Assembly: GCA_946415705.1 (NCBI GenBank)
Contig: CAMKTN010000004.1
Span: forward strand, 20,102-84,101
From: an uncultured Prevotellaceae bacterium
GTDB taxonomy: Bacteria; Bacteroidota; Bacteroidia; Bacteroidales; Bacteroidaceae
Length of the DNA stretch: 64,000 nucleotides
Direction: 5' to 3'
Part shown: in pieces, positions 17,805 to 24,792 of the stretch
How positions within the stretch are numbered: position 1 is the stretch's first letter
How the letters are laid out: each line of letters begins with the position of its first letter
Position numbers and translations under genes: made by a program
Notes under the pieces: generated by a model
Seen by the model: the letters and a program-made list of their open reading frames with translations, nothing else
Database searches by the model: none
What the model was told of the DNA's origin: nothing

Positions 17805-18734
17805 TTAGGCAAAATTAACGTGGATGAGGCGCCCTTTAGGGTCTATTTGGACTTTTTGACTGTTTGCATGTGGGAAAACGGGTGCTTTCACACCGTCGCC
17901 CAGTACGATGTCCGACCGCTCGATGAACACCTCGTCCCACAGGTCGGCATCGATGAACGACTGCAACGTCTGCGCACCGCCTTCGACTAAAATGGATTGG
18001 AACCCACTGATACTCTCCGCAAGCGCTCCGCCGCTTGTGGAGAGAATCACTTTTTCCGCATTCTTCCCCGGCCACAGCCGTGTGGTGAGGCTGGGCTGGT
18101 CCAGCTCCCAGGTGCGCCGTCCCACGAGAATGGCCTCATGTGTGGCGCGCAGGCGGTGTACCAGCATCTGTGTCCAAGGTGTGGAGAATTTCACGGCGTC
18201 GCCGTCCTTGGCGCGGCTCTCGCGGTGGCGGTCGATGAAACCGTCGGCGCTCTCCGCCCATTTCAAGGTGATGTAAGGACGATGCAACGTGTGCTGCGTT
18301 ATGAACTTACGATTCAGCCACCGGCACTCTGCCTCCAGCACCCCCACGACCACCTCAGCACCCGCCTCGCGCAGTCGTGCGATGCCGCGTCCCGCCACCT
18401 TCTCGTTGGGGTCGAGACAGCCCACCACCACACGTCGGAAGCCTTTCTCCGCCAGCAGCTCTGCGCACGGCGGTGTCTTGCCCCAATGGGAACAAGGCTC
18501 CAGGCTTACGTAGATGGTGGAGTGGGGGAGCAGCGCCTCGTCCTCGGGGCGCACGGAACGCACCGCATTCACCTCGGCGTGTGGGCCGCCGTAGCGCCGG
18601 TGCCAGCCTTCGCCGATGATACGACCCTCATGCACGATGACAGCCCCCACCATCGGGTTGGGCGCCGTCGTGAACTCGCCGTGGCGTGCCAGCTGCAGGC
18701 ACCGCATCATATATTTTTCGTCGTCAGTCATCAA
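17805..18734 (-). CDS. ribD: Bifunctional riboflavin biosynthesis protein RibD (deaminase / reductase)
   Basis: 309 aa. Deaminase zinc motifs HAEVNA and LEPCSHWGKTPPC, followed by the reductase half (ITLKWAESADGFI, SILVEGGAQ). Confidence 0.92.
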   Translation of the reverse strand: MMTDDEKYMMRCLQLARHGEFTTAPNPMVGAVIVHEGRIIGEGWHRRYGGPHAEVNAVRSVRPEDEALLPHSTIYVSLEPCSHWGKTPPCAELLAEKGFRRVVVGCLDPNEKVAGRGIARLREAGAEVVVGVLEAECRWLNRKFITQHTLHRPYITLKWAESADGFIDRHRESRAKDGDAVKFSTPWTQMLVHRLRATHEAILVGRRTWELDQPSLTTRLWPGKNAEKVILSTSGGALAESISGFQSILVEGGAQTLQSFIDADLWDEVFIERSDIVLGDGVKAPVFPHANSQKVQIDPKGRLIHVNFA

Positions 18735-18740
18735 AAAAAC

Positions 18741-18790
18741 TTTAAACTTTCAACCATAAACCATCAACCATCAACCATAAACCACAAACT
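18741..18790. repeat. Degenerate 8-nt tandem array (CCATAAAC / CCATCAAC units)
   Basis: tttaaactttcaaccataaaccatcaaccatcaaccataaaccacaaac fills the divergent ribD/prmC spacer. Confidence 0.8.
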
Positions 18791-18807
18791 TTCACTACCT
18801 TTGCGCC

Positions 18808-19719
18808 ATGAATCATCGCGAACTCATAGCTGCATTGGCACCTTTGCATGGAGCGGGCGAGGCCCGTGCCATCGTGCGGATGGTCATGGAAGAGCGCTTC
18901 GGACTCTCCCAAACCGACCTTTTGCTCGGCAAAGATACGGACTTATCTGCAAACGACCGCACAGAATTGGAAAAAATTGCAGAACGCCTCCTCGCGGGGG
19001 AACCCGTGCAGCATGTTTTGGGCTATGCCTATTTCTGTGGCCGCCGCTTCCGCGTGACCCCCGACGTCCTCATCCCCCGCCCTGAAACCGAAACCCTAAC
19101 CCGCTGGGCCATAGACACCTTAAAGGCCGATAATTTTCAATTTTCAATTTTCAATTCTCAATTTTCAATTCTCGACCTCTGCACCGGCTCCGGCTGTATC
19201 GCCATCACCCTCGCCCTTGCCTTCCCCGATGCCCACGTCGTGGGCGTGGACATCAGCCCCGCCGCCCTCGCCATCGCCCGCGAGAATGCCGCCACCTTAG
19301 GCGCCCATAACGTCACCTTTATAGAATGCGATGTGCTCGCCGACCCCTCATCCCTCATCTCTCAATTTTCAATTTTCAATTTTCAATTTTCAATTTTCAA
19401 TTCTCAATTTTCAATTCTCATCTCCAACCCTCCCTATGTCCGTGCCTCCGAGGCCGCTGACATCCACCCCACCGTCCTTCATCATGAGCCCTCCCTGGCC
19501 CTTTTTGTCCCCGATGACGACCCCCTCCTTTTCTATCGCGCCATTGCCCGCATCGGCCAACAGCTCTTACCTTCTGGCGCTCCCGTCTTCGTGGAGATCA
19601 ACGCCGCCCTCGCCTCCGAAACCCGTCACCTCTTCACCGCCGCCGGTTACGCCGATGTCCAACTCCGTGACGACCAATTCTCCCGTCCCCGCATGCTCAA
19701 AGCGATGCGGTCATATTAA
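18808..19719 (+). CDS. prmC: Peptide chain release factor N5-glutamine methyltransferase
   Basis: 303 aa. VLIPRPETE, LDLCTGSGCIAITLA (SAM motif I), NPPYV. Carries two in-frame octamer-array insertions. Confidence 0.9.
   Translation: MNHRELIAALAPLHGAGEARAIVRMVMEERFGLSQTDLLLGKDTDLSANDRTELEKIAERLLAGEPVQHVLGYAYFCGRRFRVTPDVLIPRPETETLTRWAIDTLKADNFQFSIFNSQFSILDLCTGSGCIAITLALAFPDAHVVGVDISPAALAIARENAATLGAHNVTFIECDVLADPSSLISQFSIFNFQFSIFNSQFSILISNPPYVRASEAADIHPTVLHHEPSLALFVPDDDPLLFYRAIARIGQQLLPSGAPVFVEINAALASETRHLFTAAGYADVQLRDDQFSRPRMLKAMRSY
19132..19173. repeat. 8-nt tandem array (AATTTTCA / AATTCTCA) in frame within prmC
   Basis: aattttcaattttcaattttcaattctcaattttcaattctc encodes NFQFSIFNSQFSIL directly before the LDLCTGSG SAM motif. 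Confidence 0.9.
19359..19420. repeat. 8-nt tandem array (AATTTTCA / AATTCTCA) in frame within prmC
   Basis: About 7.5 units encoding SQFSIFNFQFSIFNSQFSIL directly before ISNPPY. Confidence 0.9.
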
Positions 19720-19744
19720 TCTCTTAATAATTTTGCAATAAAAT

Positions 19745-19808
19745 GCCTTCACCATTCACAAAAAAGGTGATAAACGATAGTGTATGAGCTTTTTGTGATG
19801 GTGAAGGC
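19745..19808. terminator. Long imperfect hairpin between convergent prmC and the VirE-like gene (putative bidirectional terminator)
   Basis: GCCTTCACCATTCACAAAAAAG (19745-19766) pairs with CTTTTTGTGATGGTGAAGGC (19789-19808) apart from two bulged bases. The loop is about 22 nt. Confidence 0.5.
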
Positions 19809-19818
19809 AGAGTGAAGG

Positions 19819-21945
19819 CTATGGGTTTAGTGAAGGCAAAACGTAGAAAACGTTGCCTTTGTTCGTGTGCTTATGCTGGATTTCGGGGATACCTTTCAGG
19901 GTGCGGCCGAAGTGGTTGCCTGCTGGGACTTGGAATGCAGCACCGGCTCGTTTCTTGATGGCGAGTAGGATCTCGGTGGCTGACATCCAGACACCTTCTT
20001 GGCCATCGCTCGCGGGGATGCTGAAATACTGGTGGAAGAACATCTCGGCGCTGCTCTCCTGCTGGAACTGACGATTATGCTCCATGATGGCGGCCGTCTC
20101 GGCATCGTCGAACCAGTAGCGGGCGCCCTCGTGCAGCTCGGCCTGCGCCTGCGCATAGAGCTGCTCGTAGTTGGGTGTCTGGCTGACGTCGATGCTGCCC
20201 GTGACCCGCACGCCGAGGAAGCGGCGCGAGCCGGAGGGGTCGGTGAGCACGTCGGCCATGTTCGTGGTGGCGATGAACGAGGCCAGGCGCGGCACCTCCT
20301 CGGTATGGCGGCCGTAGGGGCGCTTCACCTTCACCGTCGGCAGCTGCAGGATGTTCTTCAGGAAGCCCTGCTGCTTCTGCGGCGAGATGCGGTTGAACTC
20401 GTCGAGGTTGATGAGCAGCATCTGCGCCATCGCCAGATGGACGGGGCGCTCCTCGGCAAGCGATAGGTTGTCCGTATAGCCCCACACCCGCAGCTCCGGC
20501 GGCAGAAGCTGGCGGCAGAAGGAACTCTTGTGCTGCCCCTGCTCGGAGATGAGCAGCGGCACGATGGCGTTGCCGTAGCGGCGATCGCGCCCCTGCCACT
20601 GCGCCACCATCGCCAGGAACCATGTGTGGAACCAGTCGGCCCACTGCTCGGGGTTGTCCGTGGGCACGGTGGCGGCGAGGGCACGGATATAGTCGTGCTT
20701 CCCGTCCCAACAGCCGCTAACCTTGAAGAGGTAGTGGTCGATGGGGTCGTAGTTACGGATGCGCGTGGAGTTGACATAGCGCTTCACGTCGCGGTCCCAC
20801 ACGTTAAGGCCCGCCAGCTGCAGGTCGGTGGTGAACGTGTTGATGACCTGGTCGGTGACAGGTGCCCAGGGTGTCTCCCACGTATGGTTGGGGCGATACT
20901 CGGTGTAGCCCATGACCTTGTTACGACGGAGCACATAACGCGCTTCCATGCGCCGTATGATGGTTTGCATGAGCGGTTCACGCACGGCCAACGGCGGCTG
21001 CCGTTTGCGGGCGGCGAGCTCTTCGTCATAGACGGTTTCCACGAGGCCGCGCACGAAGTCCTTCGTCAGGCCGTCGATATTCTTGAACTTCAGGTGGTTC
21101 CACAGATGGCATACCGTTTCCTCCTGCGCCCAGCCCTTGTCGAAGAGCGCCGTGGCCATGCCCGTCACGTACTGCTGGAACCACGCGGCCGTTCCGTATT
21201 TCACGCCGCGCATCAGCGCCTCCACCTGCTGCACGGCCTCGTCGTAGGCCCGTTCGTAGTTCAAGTAGGCCGTCATGTCCGACTCCTCTGCCGTGCGCTG
21301 CTCGGGCAGTGCCAGCAGATGCTGGTCGGCATCATCGCCGGCGGTCACGGGCTCGCTGCCCGTGATGCGCAGGGGCACAGCATGCTCGCTGACGAGGGGC
21401 TGCGTGTCCAGCGGCAGTAGGAAGGTATGGCGCAGCGAGGGCGTCATGCGCGTCACATGCACAGGCAGCACGGCGTCGTAGATATGTGCCACGCGCTGGT
21501 AGGCCTGGGCGTAGAACAGCTCCGCCTCCGGCTCCGTGGCCGGCAGCGTGCCGCCGGCCTGCGCTACGCTCACGAGGATGATGACCTCGGTGCCTGTGGC
21601 GCCCGTGAATGTCGCCAGCGTCGAGGGCATGGTCATCGCGGCGCGCTTCGTATCATCGCACGCCTTCGCGCTCATCAGCTGCCGCACCTCCAAGACCACG
21701 AGGCCGTTGAAGGCCGCCATGCCCAGGGCGCCGTTCGTCTGCTTGCGCAGCTCCACTGCCGCATAGACATGTGGGATCTCCTTGTAGCGACGATAGCGCT
21801 GCGGCTGCTCCGCCGGTGCCTCGTCGCGCAGGAAACCGATGAGGAAGTTGTTGGCATCCGTCTTGATGCGTTCGTAGAATTGCGTGGCCTCCCACCGCTT
21901 CAGGTGCTGGCCGCTCTTGTCGGTTTTGAGAGTAGTGATGCGCAT
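19819..21945 (-). CDS. VirE/VapE-family protein (primase-helicase-like, P-loop NTPase)
   Basis: 708 aa. The central region LISEQGQHKSSFCRQLLP...INLDEFNR and the C-terminal part resemble virulence-associated protein E. The N-terminal region resembles the BT4734-like domain usually fused to it in Bacteroidales. Confidence 0.75.
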   Translation of the reverse strand: MRITTLKTDKSGQHLKRWEATQFYERIKTDANNFLIGFLRDEAPAEQPQRYRRYKEIPHVYAAVELRKQTNGALGMAAFNGLVVLEVRQLMSAKACDDTKRAAMTMPSTLATFTGATGTEVIILVSVAQAGGTLPATEPEAELFYAQAYQRVAHIYDAVLPVHVTRMTPSLRHTFLLPLDTQPLVSEHAVPLRITGSEPVTAGDDADQHLLALPEQRTAEESDMTAYLNYERAYDEAVQQVEALMRGVKYGTAAWFQQYVTGMATALFDKGWAQEETVCHLWNHLKFKNIDGLTKDFVRGLVETVYDEELAARKRQPPLAVREPLMQTIIRRMEARYVLRRNKVMGYTEYRPNHTWETPWAPVTDQVINTFTTDLQLAGLNVWDRDVKRYVNSTRIRNYDPIDHYLFKVSGCWDGKHDYIRALAATVPTDNPEQWADWFHTWFLAMVAQWQGRDRRYGNAIVPLLISEQGQHKSSFCRQLLPPELRVWGYTDNLSLAEERPVHLAMAQMLLINLDEFNRISPQKQQGFLKNILQLPTVKVKRPYGRHTEEVPRLASFIATTNMADVLTDPSGSRRFLGVRVTGSIDVSQTPNYEQLYAQAQAELHEGARYWFDDAETAAIMEHNRQFQQESSAEMFFHQYFSIPASDGQEGVWMSATEILLAIKKRAGAAFQVPAGNHFGRTLKGIPEIQHKHTNKGNVFYVLPSLNP

Positions 21946-21961
21946 TGTTTATGGTTTATGA

Positions 21962-21987
21962 GCCCCCTGTGGTCCCCCAAGGGGGAC
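21962..21987. repeat. 26-nt hairpin element GCCCCCTGTGGTCCCCCAAGGGGGAC
   Basis: Near-identical second copy at 27351-27376. Stem GTCCCCC / GGGGGAC. An octamer array follows immediately. Confidence 0.8.
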
Positions 21988-22039
21988 GGTTGAGGGGTTA
22001 GAGGTTAGGGTTGAGGGTTTATGGTTGAGGGTTTAGGGG
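21988..22039. repeat. Degenerate 8-9-nt tandem array (GGTTGAGG / GGTTAGAG units)
   Basis: ggttgaggggttagaggttagggttgagggtttatggttgagggtttagggg. Confidence 0.85.
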
Positions 22040-22040
22040 C

Positions 22041-22104
22041 GTGTCCCATTAATGGGATTCGCGTGTCCCACTAATGGGACGCGGGAGTCCCACTAGTGGG
22101 ACGC
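22041..22104. promoter_or_regulatory. Three 22-bp-spaced palindromes GTCCCAnTAnTGGGAC (operator- or iteron-like)
   Basis: GTCCCATTAATGGGAT (22043-22058), GTCCCACTAATGGGAC (22065-22080) and GTCCCACTAGTGGGAC (22087-22102, a perfect 16-bp palindrome). They lie 100-160 bp upstream of the VirE-like start. Confidence 0.65.
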
Positions 22105-22388
22105 GACGATACTACGGCTTGGGGAAGTAATATGTTGTTGTGTAATGGTCGAACGGCTCGCTGCCTTCGTAGCCGAAGCGGCGCAGGTAGGTGATATTTC
22201 GTTAGGGTTATCGTTAATCACGGCACAAAGGTAGTGGGTTTTGTTTGAATTTCCAAATTTTACCGTCACTTTTTTACTTGCATTCACGTTTGCATTCACT
22301 TTGTAATTGGCTGTTAATTTATGAAATAAGCGAAAAAGTGAAAGATGAAGGCAAATTCTTTACTAAAACTTCATATAGTAAAAATATG

Positions 22389-22520
22389 GGAAGTTAAAGT
22401 TGTTAAGAAGTTAAGGAGTTAAGACGAATGTCCTGCTTCGAGACTTCATGTCCGCTAGGTAATGTCTTAACTTCTGCCCGAAGGGCGAGCGAAGCGATAA
22501 CTTCTTAACTCCTTAACTTC
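22389..22520. repeat. Octamer arrays (AGTTAAGR units) in inverted orientation flanking a short unique core
   Basis: Left arm gaagttaaagttgttaagaagttaaggagttaagac (22389-22424). Right arms gtcttaacttct (22463-22474) and ataacttcttaactccttaacttct (22496-22520). 11 of 12 positions are complementary at the inner ends. Confidence 0.7.
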
Positions 22521-22678
22521 TAAAAGTTGAGCAAACGCGAAACTTAAATTAGTTTAATGTCAACCTTTGGGAGGGGGAAAACCGAGAGATTTGAGGGTGG
22601 GTTCTTAAAAAGAGTTAAAATGAGCTTGTGGGTAATATTATTTATGGGGTTTATAGTTGGTTATTCGTGGAAAATGCG

Positions 22679-22686
22679 TATTTTTG
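22679..22686 (+). promoter_or_regulatory. -7 promoter box TATTTTTG, candidate capsule-operon promoter
   Basis: Matches TAnnTTTG. It would give a 5' leader of about 200 nt before the NusG/UpxY-like gene, as in Bacteroides capsule operons. Confidence 0.4.
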
Positions 22687-22840
22687 CGCACTTAATTATG
22701 TTCGTAAGCGTATGCGCGCGAATATATATTAGGTGGCAGGTTAGAAGTTGGCCGGAAGTGGTGTTCGAGTGGCATTCACGGAATTTCGGTAGCCGAAGAG
22801 GCTCTTTAGCGATGACTAACCATCTGGAAAACAATATTTT

Positions 22841-22867
22841 GTTTGTGCGAAGGAAGTTCGCGCAAAC
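22841..22867 (+). promoter_or_regulatory. Leader hairpin 30 nt upstream of the UpxY-like start
   Basis: gtttgtgcga (22841-22850) pairs with tcgcgcaaac (22858-22867), 10 bp including one G-U pair. Loop aggaagt. Confidence 0.4.
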
Positions 22868-22896
22868 AAGGTTTCCCGTACAAAAACTCACTATCC

Positions 22897-23943
22897 ATGC
22901 ATTGGTATGTCATGACGCACCTTGAAATGCAACGTTTCAAAGGCAGTTTGGAAGCCGAGAACGCCCGCCGTCTCGGCGAGGGGCGAGCTGTGGTGGATGC
23001 GTTCTATCCCTCTGATTACTTGCGTGGTGAGGTCGTTGACGGAGCGATAACCAAAGTGGCGAGCGAGGCGCGTTCCATGGCGCAGACCTTGTCGCGCTTC
23101 GTGTTTCTGCGGGGTGCGGAGGCAGATATCAACTTGCTGATGGCTGCGGAGGAGCGTAGAGGCAGTCGTGTCCGGCTGATGTACTATACCGATACGGACG
23201 GCCGTCGGGCTGTCGTCTCGGATCGCATGATGCAGGATTTCTTTGATGCCTGCGTGAAATACCGAGGCTTCTTTGAGATCGTGCCCACCATCGAGGGCAT
23301 CGAGGCGATGGACAAGGTGAAGATCAACGTGGGACCCTTCGCGGGCATGGAGGCTTCGGTGGCGCGTGTGCAATACGCCAAGGGAGCCATCCATCTGGAG
23401 CTGGCCTTGGAGCTGGTGAACGGAGCCGTGACCATTAAGATGTCCAATGTGGATTGCAGCCAGATTACGATTCTCAACCGTTCGTCCATCGATGCCATCC
23501 GTGCGGATTTCATCGAATACACGCAGACGCATCTGCTTGACATTCTGGAGCACCGTGTGAAGGGCGTTGCCGACGACGCTGTCCGCCAGCGCGACGCGGC
23601 CATGCTGACCCGTCTTTTCCGCTATCGTCATCATCTCGTGGAGAACCGTGCGGCCCAGATGCATTTCATGGCTTTGATGCTTATTTGCGCTCACCTGTGC
23701 CGTTTTATGGCTGATGAAGAGGAACTGCGGGATAAGGTCCTTGCCGCTCTGGCCGAGATCAATCAGAAGAGTGAATCGAAGGCCGCCACCGACACGCGTG
23801 CCTACTTATGGATTGCCCTGTATCTCGCCACCCGCGACCCTCAATACCGCGACCTGGCCAAGCAGTATGTCCGCGACTACCAACCCAAGTCCGACCTTCT
23901 TCGCCGCTTCGTCTGGCTCATCAGAAGCGGAAAAAAGATTTAA
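22897..23943 (+). CDS. NusG/UpxY-like transcription antiterminator with a ~170-aa helical C-terminal extension
   Basis: Start at MHWYVMTHLE. NGN-like N-terminus (WYVM..., FVFLRG) and a KOW-like segment KVKINVGPFAGMEASVARV. First gene of the polysaccharide operon. About twice the usual UpxY length. Confidence 0.65.
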   Translation: MHWYVMTHLEMQRFKGSLEAENARRLGEGRAVVDAFYPSDYLRGEVVDGAITKVASEARSMAQTLSRFVFLRGAEADINLLMAAEERRGSRVRLMYYTDTDGRRAVVSDRMMQDFFDACVKYRGFFEIVPTIEGIEAMDKVKINVGPFAGMEASVARVQYAKGAIHLELALELVNGAVTIKMSNVDCSQITILNRSSIDAIRADFIEYTQTHLLDILEHRVKGVADDAVRQRDAAMLTRLFRYRHHLVENRAAQMHFMALMLICAHLCRFMADEEELRDKVLAALAEINQKSESKAATDTRAYLWIALYLATRDPQYRDLAKQYVRDYQPKSDLLRRFVWLIRSGKKI

Positions 23944-23959
23944 CGACAACAAACAAGAT

Positions 23960-24784
23960 ATGAAGCACTACCCTCTCCTACTCCTCGCGCTGGTGCTGCT
24001 GCTCGGCAGTTGTTCGGCCCCCAAGAATGTGGCCTATTTCCAGAATGCGCAGGATGTGATTGGAATGACGCTGCAGAATGAGCAGCCCTTCCGTTTGCGT
24101 CCGAAGGACAAAATCAACATCGTGGTCAACAGCACCGACCCCATGTTGGTGCAGCAGTTCAACTTGAACGCTACCTCCAGCACTATGCGTCCTCTTGGAT
24201 CCAACTTGTCTCCCCAGACCGCAATTGGCGCAGGCACTTCCGGCAACAATCTGATTCTGGCATACACCGTCGATGAGCAGGGTGACATCGACTTTCCCGT
24301 CCTGGGCAAGATCGCTGTCGAAGGCAAGACACGTCAGGAAGTGGCTGCGTATATCCGTTCAAGGCTCATCGAGCGTGACCTGGTCAAAGACCCCATCGTG
24401 ATTGTCGAATATGTTAACCTCGGTGTTGTCGTCCTCGGCGAAGTCAACCGCCCGGGGCGCGTAGATGTGATGAAAGACTACTTCACCATTCTCGATGCCA
24501 TTGCTGCCTGCGGCGACCTGACCATCACCGGAGAGCGTGAGAATGTGACGGTGTTCCGCCAAGTGGATGGCGAGGATCAATCCTTTACCATCAACCTCTG
24601 CGACCGTCAGGACGTCCTCAGTTCCCCGGCGTTCTATCTACAGCAGAACGATGTCGTCTATGTCTCGCCCAACAACAAGCGCAAGCGTGAGGCCCATGCC
24701 ACTGGCAACACTTTCAACCAGCCGGCAATCTACATCTCTTTGGCATCTCTGCTTACGACCATTGCTGTTCTAATCTTCAGATAA
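23960..24784 (+). CDS. wza: Polysaccharide export outer-membrane protein (Wza/BexD family)
   Basis: MKHYPLLLLALVLLLGSC lipobox, KDKINIVV, DEQGDIDFPVLGKIAVEGKT, GEVNRPG, NDVVYVSPN. Confidence 0.88.
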   Translation: MKHYPLLLLALVLLLGSCSAPKNVAYFQNAQDVIGMTLQNEQPFRLRPKDKINIVVNSTDPMLVQQFNLNATSSTMRPLGSNLSPQTAIGAGTSGNNLILAYTVDEQGDIDFPVLGKIAVEGKTRQEVAAYIRSRLIERDLVKDPIVIVEYVNLGVVVLGEVNRPGRVDVMKDYFTILDAIAACGDLTITGERENVTVFRQVDGEDQSFTINLCDRQDVLSSPAFYLQQNDVVYVSPNNKRKREAHATGNTFNQPAIYISLASLLTTIAVLIFR

Positions 24785-24792
24785 TTGTAGAC

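Noticed and set aside
18796-18803. TACCTTTG -7-like box only 4 nt before the prmC ATG
   Set aside because: Transcription would start at or after the ATG, implying a leaderless or truncated mRNA. This cannot be judged without TSS data, so it is not listed as a promoter.
17997-19085. 362-aa plus-strand ORF spanning ribD (antisense), the intergenic array and the 5' part of prmC out of frame
   Set aside because: It crosses a divergent promoter region and a tandem array, has junk-like composition, and both overlapped genes have strong motif support.
20530-21420. 296-aa plus-strand ORF, plus several 140-210-aa minus-strand alternative-frame ORFs, inside the VirE-like gene
   Set aside because: Shadow ORFs of a GC-rich gene. 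Only the 708-aa frame shows a P-loop and family-like motifs.
22093-22299. 68-aa minus-strand ORF, and a possible 29-codon remnant (…YLRRFGYEGSEPFDHYTTTYYFPKP) in the ORF-free control region
   Set aside because: Too short, no start context, and it overlaps promoter-like and repeat elements. The remnant reading is suggestive of a decayed gene, but I cannot assign it to any family.
22389-22520. Inverted repeats as a Bacteroides-style invertible promoter
   Set aside because: The segment between the inner repeats is only about 38 nt and contains no TAnnTTTG box. The arms are copies of the generic octamer array, and no site-specific recombinase is encoded in the window. Kept only as a possible RNA/DNA structure.
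22557-22925. 122-aa plus-strand ORF upstream of and overlapping the UpxY-like gene
   Set aside because: It contains the candidate promoter box and the leader hairpin, has odd composition, and overlaps the better-supported start at 22897.
22891-23694. 267-aa minus-strand ORF opposite the UpxY-like gene
   Set aside because: Antisense shadow ORF with no motifs and His/Arg/Leu-rich composition.
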